A stretch of 50,045 nucleotides of DNA, the filler included, from Dirinaria sp. TL-2023a (lineage: Eukaryota), in NCBI GenBank assembly GCA_051941275.1. It is 2 parts of 2 records of this genome, joined end to end, with 100 filler letters (N's around TTAATTAATTAA, not from the genome) between each part and the next. Parts side by side here need not be neighbours in the genome. Positions count along the whole stretch, not along the records: positions 1 to 25,010 come from JAVEBF010000179.1; 1 more part is not named here. One strand, 5' to 3'. The notes under the pieces were generated by a model. The model searched no databases and was not told the DNA's origin. It saw only the letters and a program-made list of their open reading frames with translations. Positions within the stretch are counted from its first letter, which is position 1; each line of letters opens with the position of its first letter. Below are positions 1 through 10,954 of the stretch, in pieces. The translations under genes were made by a program, and so were the position numbers.

Positions 1-519
1 GGGATGGAAATCCAAGGAGGGGGAAAAAGGGCAGAGGAACTTCTGATTGGATACTTGCTTGTTTTCCCTTTCCCCCCTTTCCCCTCCACCCTCTCGCCCG
101 CTGTATGATGATCCATCCATCCATGTGTTAGTCAGAATGTACAGTACATGTGCTCTCGCAGTTGGAAAAATCGTACGGTTCTGTATGGATGAGTGATCTG
201 AGGCCCTAGCGAAATAGTCTAGAATCGTCTAGGTGTTTTGGTAGCGCTGTTGAATTTCACTGCAACAGACTTGGGGAAAAGCGGCGCATTGAAAACATTG
301 ATTTAATTAAAAAAGCTGAATTCGCCGGATGATATGACTTTTGCATAATCTATGCCTTCGAGATCAAGAGAAGAAATTGAATTAATAGCATCCTCCTTTC
401 CATCCCCAATTTAAAAAAATGTAGCGTCTTCATCTTCCAACTCTCCCGAAACTCCAGAAAGAGAAACCTACGGCACCAAAAACAAAACCAAAAAAAAGGT
501 GGAAAAAAAAAATAAAAAA

Positions 520-975
520 TCACGCAATATTCGTAATATCAATCCCCTGCGCCTCGGCATCGGCCAAAGCCAAGCTCTTGACGGCCACAAACTGGCCCCC
601 CGTCGGCACGGGGTTGCAACCCCCGCCGTTATGCGTCTTCGGCCGGTAGAAGGTGTACCAGGGCGTGCCGACGCATCTATTCGAACCGTACACCTGCAGG
701 ATATGCATCGCTTTCTCGCCCGTGCCCCAGAAGATGCTGAGCGTGTTGGTCGTCGAGGCGAACGGCACGCAGTCGGCGTAGATTTTCGGGCGCGGGCCTT
801 TCAAGGGCTTGCCGTGGCAGTCGTCGGTCCCGGCCGAGCCGATCCAGGGGTAGTGGTCGATACGGCGCTCGAGGGTGTGGTTTTGGCTGCTGCTGGTCGG
901 GGCGGCAGCAAAGGGGCTGGCGTTGGTGCTGGCGCTGAGGGCGAAGAGCATGGAGAGGAAGGAGACGACCTGCAT
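520..975 (-). CDS. Small secreted cysteine-containing protein (effector-like), 151 aa
   Basis: Single GC-rich ORF with a hydrophobic signal peptide (MQVVSFLSMLFALSASTNA-SP), a short pro-region ending in LERR (Kex2-type site) and 4 Cys in the mature part. Confidence 0.85.
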   Translation of the reverse strand: MQVVSFLSMLFALSASTNASPFAAAPTSSSQNHTLERRIDHYPWIGSAGTDDCHGKPLKGPRPKIYADCVPFASTTNTLSIFWGTGEKAMHILQVYGSNRCVGTPWYTFYRPKTHNGGGCNPVPTGGQFVAVKSLALADAEAQGIDITNIA

Positions 976-1075
976 CTTTTGGGCTTGATGGATCTGATTC
1001 GTTGGCTCTTTTTTTTTTTTTTTTTTTTTTCCTTTGTTTTGAATTAGTGCGCTAGGATTATTAGGAATGTTTCAC

Positions 1076-1265
1076 GTCCAAGTAATAGGATCGATGCTTT
1101 TCTAAGGTTTCGGTCGAATAAGTTTTACACTCAAGTAGTAAGATTGATGTTTTCTTTTCGCAGACGTTTCAACAAGTCTAATACTCAAATAGTAGGATTA
1201 ATGCTTTTTGCGCTGAGTTTCAGTCGAACGTTTTCAAGCTCAAGTAGTAGGGTCAATGCTTTGTG
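1076..1265. repeat. Degenerate ~54-bp tandem repeat, 4 units
   Basis: Core resembling CTCAAGTAGTAGGATTAATGCTTT recurs at ~1077, 1130, 1184 and 1239 (period ~54-55 bp). Confidence 0.8.
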
Positions 1266-2085
1266 CCTCCGCTTAATATTGTGATGGTCTTGGCACATCA
1301 GTCTTTGTTGTTGAACTCGATATTTTATCGTATCCTTGATGTTTGAATGAATTGAATTTGTTCGACCCTTCTTTTTCTTTGTCCTGCAAAAAGAGCTTAT
1401 TCCAATTCTTAGAGCTGATGGAACTGAAATTTGGAACGACCATTTTGAGCCCAACCAATGCGCCTATGATCAGCTGAAAAAATGTGATGCAGCAGCGACA
1501 GACTCCGGCGAGCATTTCCGAAAATCGGAGCAAGCACAGCGTTAAGGCAAATAATGCTACATCGACTTATCTTTGGCCTAGCAGCGTTATCCATGTGTTA
1601 AATAAATGGCCAAAAAATTAATGTTCGAAAAAGGAAAAGGTGGAACGGGAAATCTATTTATATCCTTCAAGAATCTGTTAAAAAATCGGGAAAGAAACAA
1701 TGTCTCGATGCCATGCCTCAAAGGCTAGAACTTCAGCTTGGACAGGCCTCCTGAAATGAGTCGGCGCACGACTGTCCGGGTCATTACTGCGACACGTGCT
1801 GTGATTTGTGCTCCGGCCTTTAAGCGATGTCGTGATATACAGCGTCATGTAGAATCTTTTGCATCCCCCTCAGCTTCATCTCGTGCTCATGCTATTCACG
1901 CTCAAGGAAATCAGCTGTGGGTGTAAGAATGACGACTGTTAAAGACTGGTCGACGAAAAAACGGCATTTGCCCGACATCCGGTCGAAGTGTTGGACCCAC
2001 AGATGGAGATTGTCTCCGTAGGTTTAGCTACTCTCGGACGCATGCTAAATTGTCATTTTTCCGGGGTTTAATCTTTTGATAAGAC

Positions 2086-3036
2086 TCATTTCGCTGTAGC
2101 GGTTCCCCTTGTCCCGTTCGCCTGCACACTGCTAATTTTCAAGAAAAACCCTTCGGCTATTCCGCGCGTGAGATCTTTTATGGTGAAATCTAATTCGATA
2201 AACCTGCGCTGTTGGTGGAACACGTATTTTGCGATCAAAAGCAGCGACTCTCGGATAAGGCTGTTGGTCACTTTCCGTAAATGAGAAGGAGCGCCAGACA
2301 GTTCATGGACATTCAGTGCAGTATTCCCTGAAAAACTGATTCCATAAACATATGAGCGCTCGGCGTCGGCGCGCTCGGTTGCAGTGCTAACCATGGCATC
2401 CAAAATTGTGGTGAAAACCTCTATGGCATGAATGGTGCGGCCGTCGAATTTCCAATCAATCGATAGCCCATGAAATTCTGGATCAGGGTCCAATACTTCA
2501 CCGGAATCCTCCGTTGAATTGACATTGTTATAGCCATTTGTTAAGGCTAAGTTACTGCTGTTCGAAGGTCCTTCTAAAGTGGTGTGGGGTTTGAAGGGAT
2601 GGGCAATCCGAATAACACCCCCAATCTTGTTCTCGAATCTCAGCCAGATGGTCATCTCGCGGAACTGGTTCTTGTCCGACATTCGAATTACTCCTTGATA
2701 GAGACCCAGGAGAATGTAGCTCAATTTTATAGGGGGTCTCTCAGACTCGGGTCCTACCCTGTCAGTGTACTTAATGGACACACCGAGTCGTGGATCGATA
2801 ACAGCCGCAGTACCAATGAACTCTGAATCCCAATCAGTTTTACACCAGCTAGAAATAGCATCAATCGCGTTGATGTATACACCAAGTGGATTGATGAGTC
2901 CTGTATGAAATTCGATGAGTGCGTCGAAACCTGGAGGATTGGGTAGTGTGGTGTAGTTGAGTGGGATTGTGTGGGCCTTTATCAAGGGAAGACAGCACTG
3001 AGCTAATATTATAAAGAGGATTCTGAAGCTACGCAT
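2086..3036 (-). CDS. Secreted protein with two tandem related ~110-aa domains, 316 aa
   Basis: ATG at 3036 begins the signal peptide MRSFRILFIILAQCCLPLIKA; several N-glycosylation sequons; two halves with a similar hydrophobic pattern joined by an S/T/N-rich linker. Confidence 0.8.
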   Translation of the reverse strand: MRSFRILFIILAQCCLPLIKAHTIPLNYTTLPNPPGFDALIEFHTGLINPLGVYINAIDAISSWCKTDWDSEFIGTAAVIDPRLGVSIKYTDRVGPESERPPIKLSYILLGLYQGVIRMSDKNQFREMTIWLRFENKIGGVIRIAHPFKPHTTLEGPSNSSNLALTNGYNNVNSTEDSGEVLDPDPEFHGLSIDWKFDGRTIHAIEVFTTILDAMVSTATERADAERSYVYGISFSGNTALNVHELSGAPSHLRKVTNSLIRESLLLIAKYVFHQQRRFIELDFTIKDLTRGIAEGFFLKISSVQANGTRGTATAK

Positions 3037-4497
3037 CTTGAAAGGATTTTTAGGGATCGATACTTTTCGAGTCTGAGTGTAGTGAATATTGACTTTGAAA
3101 TGCAGGAGCAGCAAGATCAAGATAATGCGTATAAGTACCTAGTGACCCGCTATCCGTATCCGACTTCTGCCAATCGTATCCGTGTCTTGGCAAGAACTCC
3201 GGAGCTTGTGACGGAGGTTTCAGGTACATCCACCAAGTTAGCTTGAAGCTTGATCTATGCAGATGCTAGATGCTGTGAAGCTCGTCATGACTTACATACA
3301 GAGCCTTCAATGATTCGCAATTAAAGAAGCTGTTGATCTGGAAATCCGCGTACCAATGTCTTACTTCGAGGCTTTCCTCTCTTGGTTCAGGCCATGTACA
3401 TAGTCCATCTGTAAGTCAGTTGCCCCACAAGCAAACGGGGTCAGTATGAGAGATCGGAACACAGATATTGAAAGGCGCCACAAAACCAAATAGCAAGATC
3501 CAATGAAGCACGTCAATTGGTCTTCAATCGAGACCTTACATAGATGCTATGAGTGCTTAGATACGTCCTAGCTGAGGCAGAAGGGTGAGAAAGTGGGATG
3601 GAAACATCGAGTTTGGCATCACAAAGAAGCATATCCTTGCAGGGCTACTTATATGAAGTGGACCCGGAAGTTGCTATTTTCGATCAAAGTTGTAGCATCA
3701 TGGTCAAGCAATTAGTTGAAGAACTTGATTAGAGTGCCATTAACAGAGCATAAATCCTTCTAGTGATTGTCCGGTCTGAATAGCGTTATAGTTAGCCGGC
3801 GCAGTCGCTTGGGCGCGTGATTTCGGGAAGCGGCTTGGATTGATTCGCGCAAGCACGTTTTTCTGGCTAAGCGACGCGGATGCAGCTTCTTTGGTCTGCT
3901 TGGACTACTGAACTCAATTACTATTATTGATGTGTAGAGCTGATGTAGGGATTTTGGGGAAGAAGGCCTGGAGGGGCAACATACTTTGTGAAACCGATCA
4001 CAGATAATGAAACAATGGCTTTGGTTTAGCCTCGTCTTGTGCTTGACAAGAACACGACTTAGCATCCGAGAGAAGATCTGAAATTTAAGATCTTTCATTA
4101 AAGTACATGTAAGTAAAGGGCCGGAACGTCGTGGTTTCGAATGACTTAGTAATCAATGCCTCTCGGGCCGAAATCAACGCTTTAAACTGGGTCACTGTTT
4201 AGCTTTTGGAAAAGGTTGCCTTTGTCACAGCTTGCAAGCTGAATGTTCTCGCAAATCCGTAGGCTCTAGGTAGGGAAAATATGAGAATTTAGGATTCTCA
4301 GGTTTCTTTTAGTATCATCACAGCTGGTAGGCTGGCAAAACAGACAAGTCGACTGGTCTGAGTGACCCGAAACAGTCTGTATCAACATTGGACAATTCTC
4401 CCATGCTGTCAATGTCTTTTGATCAGAGCTCACAAGGAAAGCTCACGCTCCCTCTTGGAATGCTTTGCTCTGGGATGCTTCCGCTGTGGACCAGGAT

Positions 4498-5879
4498 TTA
4501 ATTTTTAGGATTCCACAGTACCTCGATAATACTGAAAGAGCTTCCCTCTGACCTAGAGATATTGTGGAGACAAAAGCGTTCGTCAGCCGCTTCGAATAAA
4601 TGAGCCCAGTCAGCCTTTGTGCGCTCGGCACTGTTGAAGCAGGCCGCCATGACCATGTCTACGTTTCTATATAACAATTACGTCAGTCGAGCCCTTTTCA
4701 AACAAGGGATCCGCGTTTGAGGATAGACATACGGCCCCATTTTCTCCGTCAACTGTGTCTCTGGCATCTCGTCAAGCACGTATTCATAGATGAGGACCCG
4801 CGAGTCTTTGCGCATTGCTGGAATTAGGCTTCGCAGCATTTTTATGCAGTACGGGTCGCTCCAGTTGTGCATGATCCATCGGAAGAAATATATAGTAGAA
4901 TCTTTCAGCGTCTGCTCCGTGAAAAAGTCATGCGCCATAAACTCGATCCTTCCTTGAAGTTCTTCCGAGAGGGATGCGCGGCCCTGTTCGACTGTGCCAG
5001 GGAGATCCTGTACGATAAATCTTATGTGCTGCGTTGACTTGGCCAAGAATTTTGATATACTACCGTTGCCACCACCCATGTCCACAAGCGTGACACCTGG
5101 ATGATCAACAGAGTTCCAGTCGAAGCTCAAGAAGAGATGCTTTAGGTCCCACCTTTCGCCTTTAGTGAAAAACCGCATACCAGCACCGAAGCGTCTGGCG
5201 CGTTCCGGGTGCTGAGCGAGGAATGGAAAAATAGACAACGAAGTGTCATTCGCTATACTGAAGGCCGACTCATTTGGTTCTCCCGAGTCACCGTACCGGT
5301 TCAAGGCCTCAATTACTCTACCCGCCGCCGGCCCAAGCTCTGCAGTCTCTAATCCGATAGCATCAAAGAAATCGGGGTCTGTAATCATCATCCGCGAAGC
5401 TGCTGTATGTCGCACGGTGTCTGGAGACACTTGTGCGAAGATGTGATTTCCCATTGCGTGTCGCATGAATCGCCGAACGAAAGCCTGAGGTAGGCCACTT
5501 TTCAACGAAATTTCCTTGTATGTTGTAGATCCGTTGATCGGAACGGCGTGAGCGAGCTTGAATTCGTATATGACTCGTAGTGACAGGTTCTCAGTCCACT
5601 GTTCTCATGCTAGTATGGGCCTTCGGACCGCAGTCATAGTCTGAGAGAGCGTACATTTAGTATGATCTCCATTGAACTGCCAACGGGACCCTGAGATAGC
5701 TGTTTCAACGTCTGGGTTGAATTGATAAGTGCATTTTTGCTGGCCTCAAGCTCCGATGGCAAGGTTCCGAGACTATTGTTATCAAAAGACGCGGGCTCCA
5801 AATTGTGAGTTGAAAGGTGCTGGTCAAGACGCTTCGCATTCTCGAGTATCTCCTCAGCCAACGAGGTTAAAGGCCCCAT
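4498..5879 (-). CDS. Fungal SAM-dependent O-methyltransferase (Methyltransf_2 family, secondary-metabolism type), 3 exons
   Basis: Exons 5879-5655, 5598-4733 and ~4666-4498 with GT..AG introns; motifs LVDMGGGNG, IVQDLP, HDFFTEQ, FRWIMHNWSD and the C-terminal DMVM..FNSAERT..DW. Confidence 0.92.
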
Positions 5880-8601
5880 GTTCGGTGAGGGTTAAAATGA
5901 GATACCAAAAACAGGAGCGAAAGCAGCCTGAGACAGCTGTTGCAGGTTGTGTCCAACTCAGAAATCCATGGGATTTTCCGAAGAGGACTCGGCAGCTGTC
6001 GGCCTTCTTATATATTCCTACTTCTGGAAGCACACTGCCTCTTCTCGGGAGCGGCAATTTTTGGCAGGATTCGACGTTTAGCTTGGGCTTTAACATCGGG
6101 CTTGCAGTAAGCGTAGACGAGGGCGCCAATCAAATTTGAGTTCGCAGCACCTGTTACACTGTACCTAAGGTGCTACATTTCAAAATCAACCTGATTGACG
6201 CACTCCTTTAGGATTACTCTCCAAATTGTTTCGTCAAATGCCAACCATGAGTCGGCGTCCACTCTCTCCGCCTTTTCATCGGACGCCGGTGATACCGAGT
6301 CTAGATATGGGATGATATGTACCTAGCGGTTGGCAGCCTCAATGCATTTTTTCCAACTTCTATGAGAAAATACTCCAAGTCCAAGCCGAGTTGGCAGCCA
6401 AATAGAAGAGCTAGTGAAAGTAAGTAGACAAGTAGATCCGCAACCGTTGTCTTATTCGGCATTTGGATCCGTTAATCTGTAGATGAGCATTTTTTCATGC
6501 AGCAAGGCAATCCTGGAGGACGCACTACTGCTCATGTGATGCCGACATCTTCCGCCTGCCCAAGGACTTTGGTAAGATCAAAGTATTTGTCATCTGTGAA
6601 GGAAGAAAGGATTTAGTAGAAGTACTGAGCCACGTCTAGCGTTGTCTTAGGAGCTGACTACCGTCAATCTTAAAGAGGAAAAAAAAAGCAGTGTGATTTA
6701 GCTTAGATGCTCGAACCTTGCGAAGCATCGGAAAATCATTTGGCCGAGATAATTGATAATGGGCTGCCCTTAGGGTTAGTAGAGGGCTATTGACCAATTA
6801 AAGGCGGTTGGAAAGCTGCTTACAGAGACATTCCTACCAAAGAGTCTGAGACATGGATCAACCAAATCTTCAGCTTCGATGTGCTTTAAAAGAGCCGTGA
6901 TAAAGTTTTACACGCGGCGCCATCAATTGAAAAAGCCGTCCGATGCTGGAATAACAAAGATTGAGACGTTGAATGCTAGAGTGATGAGGTAGGTCGTTGA
7001 ATTAAATTGTCATATCTCACTGCTTCATGAATTTGCTAATATGCTTTATAGCAGAGGCAGGTATAGTGTTGAAAGTGAATTCCCCGCTGATTTTGCACTC
7101 ATATACAGGAACAGAATACCCATAAGGCTTAACGTCTTTTCAGCTCCCCCAAGCAAACAGCAGTGAAATTGGTCCGAGCAGACACTTTGAATACAATCTC
7201 CTGTTCAAAGGCCTAGAAATACGTAGCAGCAGAATGAAATGTGCCAATGGCGAGGCGTCTAGTGGAACATTGGCCCTTCATAACAACAAGAATGTGTGAC
7301 CCGCTAGTAGCCCCAAAAAAAAAAGGTTTGAACGATCGATGAGGGCCACTCCGTGTTCGAAAGATGTCAGACTATTCTGACTTTGTTGGTGTATCCCGAC
7401 CTGCATGGTTTTCAATTGTTCATTGATATTGTAAATGTGAACGTGGATGCCGTTTCATTCCGATGCGAATCTATCGAAGTCATCACAGAGCGATCTCACG
7501 TACTCGCCGCCCGCGTTCTACACATCGTTCAATCCGTTATGATTTAGCTGCTTATTCGGTTCCATGGCATTCCAGCTTCTAGTTGTTCAGAAAACAGAAT
7601 CTTGGGCATTGGAATGTTCGTCTGACGGCACGAGCGACGGACCAGAAGAATCCTCTCTAGCTATTAGTCGGAATTCTATCTTATCACACAACGCGGTAGC
7701 AGAGATGGCCAAGGCTTCCCTCGGTTCGAGCAAACGATCACAGTATCTGTCAGGGCCGTGCCCTACAGATTGGCGCCTCAATTCTGTTTATAACCCTATC
7801 AGGCTACGAGCGTCGATCCCGGGCGCTCGCTCAAATACAACGCTGGTCAGAAAACCCCTGTCTCTTGCAGGTCTCTCTAGATATAGGACAAGTTCTCGAG
7901 GTTCCGTTGTATCGAGTTCAGAGTTGCACAGTGCACATGCAGCCTCGAAACAGATCGCGTCTGGTTCCACTTCTCGTGCCCGTGTAATAGTAAACGCCTT
8001 GTGTCTTAGTTTCTTCTGACGCCTTTTGCTCGAACATTCGAGTAGAGATCTCGCCGCCGAAGATCTCTTTATCTCTTTTTCGAGGTCCTCTAAGTCTTAT
8101 TCTTCTCCCTTGTTGGGATCCTAGCTTATGCTTGATCAAGTCTTATCGGAGTCCGTCAACCGAAGCTCTTCCGCGCTATTCTCTGTGGAAGTCTCATTTT
8201 CTTATGAAATCCGAAGCTTGGCTTTCTCACGAGTCCATTCCTTTCCTCATCCGGATGATGGGTTCGAAGGCATGACGAGGTGTAGGATATCTGTGTCCAA
8301 ATGCTGCATCAGCGCTCCAGCAACAGAAAGTAGCAACGGAATGCGAACAAATCTACCTGTATTTCGGATTGCCCTCATGTGCAGGATCCAAACAATATTC
8401 TTCAAATGCCTCCATTGCCTTCTCGGCACCTTTACGCGACGCTGCTGCCGTAAGTAGGGCATGGTGATCCGAGAATCATCTGTCTCATTCGGCTTCCAGA
8501 GTACCGCTGCCTAGGTACTTCGTAAAGGGTCATGATCGTCTGGCTAGCAATCTTTTGGACATTTCCGTCGGTTGATGGCTGTGGCTTGTGAAACCGTCAG
8601 C

Positions 8602-8862
8602 AATAGAAGCAAGCAAAGGAAGACTTCAGTACTTTTAAGTCCCCTGGCTTTCGGACTCGCGCGGGATTTCTTGCTGATTGTGATCGAGACCTCGTGCTCC
8701 TTCTCGAACACTTCATGAATTGCCTGGTTGGTTGATGGGAGCGGCTGGCGGAGTCATCAGCAAAAGAAGCAAGCAATGGAAGACTTTCATACTTTGTACG
8801 CCCCTGGCGTTTAAATCCGCACGAAATTCCTCGCTTACTGTAAGTGAGCTCCTTCTCTTGAA
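8602..8862. repeat. Two diverged ~100-bp direct repeats about 160 bp apart
   Basis: AGAAGCAAGCAA(A/T)GGAAGACTT...CCCCTGGC at ~8605 and ~8765. Confidence 0.7.
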
Positions 8863-9249
8863 GTCCTTTCTTCTTGATCGGTTCGCGTATTATTTCTCCA
8901 TGAGCTCGCTCTCTGCACTGTGAGTCTAATTAGCGTTTCCTAAAGAGTAAGAGGTTGAAAGTGACTTACAAAGCTGATGAGCGGATGAGGATAGCATAGT
9001 GGCCAAGGTTGCACTGCAACCAAGCCATGAAAACGGTTCTTTCCTAGACTGGATCCGAGCTGCGATACTGTTCTGAGCTCCTGTCAGAATCACTAGCGAT
9101 GAGCATCTGTAGTCAGCATAGTGACCAGAGATGTGCTGCAATCAAGCCGTGAAGAAGGTTCCGTCCTTCAGCCACGGATGTGATACAGCTGTGAGCTGGT
9201 CTTGAGTCGCGATAGATGTCAATCATTTGCTGATGGAGTTTGTAACACC

Positions 9250-10095
9250 TCTTCTAACATGAGCTTCGAAGCCAGCTCTTTGTTCCATCCAATGCTGCCC
9301 TATTGGTCCAAGCTCTTGCCAGAGTCCCTGTAGGGGCCGGTGCATCTGACCCTAAGTTCTAAGACCCCTTCTTCAAGTCGAGCTTCGAAGCCGGCTCTTT
9401 GTTCCATCCAAGGCTGCCTCAAGGCCGCCTTGTTGATCTGAGCTGTTCCCAAGATCGCTACAACGATCAAAACGGTGGCTAAGATCCGATCATCATGTTG
9501 GACGCGACGCCTCAAGTCGATTCTGTTCTTCATGTGAGGCTGTGGTGTGGTGCTGAGCTCTTCTTGGAAGGCTGTGGAGGCCAATGCATTTGCTGCTAGA
9601 ACCTCGTTTAACACTGGCTGCAAGCCGGCCCTGCGCCCCGCTTGATGCTGCCATATTACTCTGAGCCGTTCATAAGATCTCTGCAGCGATCAAACTGGTA
9701 GCTAGGATCTAAGCATCTTCTTGAACGCGATTTCTGGAGTCGATTCTGTCCTTCAAATAGGGATAGCGTACAGCTCTGAGCTCCTCTTGAATCGCTGTAG
9801 GAGCTGTTGAGCCTGCTGCTAGAATTAAGGATTCCTTCTTTAACTCGAGCTTCGGAGCCGGTTTTAGACTTCATCGAAGACTGCCTTGCAGATCCATCGC
9901 ATCTGATGTCGAAGATCCAAACCACCTTCTTCGACGCGGTCTTTGAAATGAACTCAGCGTTGTCAGCGACGACGACGTTGTTCAGGATTCTTTTCGGGGT
10001 CGCCTCATGGGCAGATGCATTTGCCGCTAGGATTTGCGGCCTCTCCTTGGCATGAGCTTTGAAGCCGGTTCAAGGCTCCATCGAAAGCCGTCTTA
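9250..10095. repeat. Dispersed ~40-bp degenerate repeat, 4 copies
   Basis: GAGCTTCGAAGCCGG...CATC..AG.CTGCC-like units at 9261, 9380, 9847 and 10054. Confidence 0.75.
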
Positions 10096-10708
10096 ATGAT
10101 CCTAGTTGATGTCAAGGTCGTTGCATTGACCAAAATGGTGGTTCAGATACATACCATCTCCTTTTTTTTAGCGCGATATTTGAAACAGGTTTGCGCTTTG
10201 GCGGCCGCGATGTTGATCTGAGATCTTGTCAGAGTCGCTGAATAAAATCAACATGAACATGTTCGCTGACATTGGCAGCATGTTCCTTTGACAAGAGCTT
10301 CAGAATGCCGAGAAGGTAGAGTCAAGATTTGCGTTAAGTGATTGGAGTTGAGTTACACAAGTGGAAAAGAAACAGGCGCGAATATAGTTGTGGCTTCTCT
10401 GAGGACTGTGCGATTTTGTTCTGAGATCGCTCATTCACGATTATATTACAAATCGGCGTGCTCGTTCAAGCCACTGAGCTAGTCAATGTATTCATCGAGA
10501 ATCGAAGCGTGTTCTTTGACACGATCTCCAGGATCCGATGCTTTGTTGAAAGAATGTCTCATTTCGGCTGTGGAACCAATACCTGTGCCTCGTTCATGAA
10601 GGTGAGTTGCATTTGGTTGTGAGGAGCAGATGCAGACTGAAATACAGATCCTCTGGCGATTTTTGCAGTTTGGTCTTGGGATCAGTCCTGTGTCTTCTGC
10701 AACATTAA

Positions 10709-10954
10709 TCAACATGCTTGTCGAAACCGCTGAAGTTGTCTATTCGTGTGCTGAGACTCAAAGCACGTGGTTTGACATGGTATGTAAAGCATCGCTCTCT
10801 TTGTTAGCATGTCATTGTCTAGTTCTAAGACCAGAATCGGGCAAATGTGATGAAGCTTGAGTTCCATAAATGGTTGAGGAGGAGGAGGAGGAGGAGGAGG
10901 AAAAGATGCAGTCTGAATGAATAACGACGCAGTCAGGCTAGCGACAAACAACAT
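10709..10954 (-). CDS. Possible small secreted protein or pseudogene with a poly-Pro tract
   Basis: MLFVASLTASLFIQTAS resembles a signal peptide and is followed by a (CCT)n-encoded poly-Pro run; the downstream exon structure could not be resolved. Confidence 0.3.
   Translation of the reverse strand: MLFVASLTASLFIQTASFPPPPPPPPQPFMELKLHHICPILVLELDNDMLTKRAMLYIPCQTTCFESQHTNRQLQRFRQAC

Larger units (their letters stand above)
7560..10200 (-). pseudogene. Decayed repeat-containing reading frame(s) of unknown identity
   Basis: Protein-like minus-strand ORF pieces broken by stops (7970-7788 and 7781-7587 share a frame) together with internal degenerate repeats. Confidence 0.4.

Noticed and set aside
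499..1047. 182-aa plus-strand ORF
   Set aside because: Antisense shadow of the secreted protein gene; its ends come from poly-A and poly-T runs
1076..1265. CRISPR-like repeat/spacer periodicity
   Set aside because: Eukaryotic context, no cas genes, repeats are degenerate and the intervals resemble one another; it is a minisatellite
6770..6779. TTAGGGTTAG, i.e. CTAACCCTAA on the minus strand, resembling a telomerase RNA template
   Set aside because: Single 10-mer; no pseudoknot recognised downstream, and under 1 kb of room before the O-methyltransferase start
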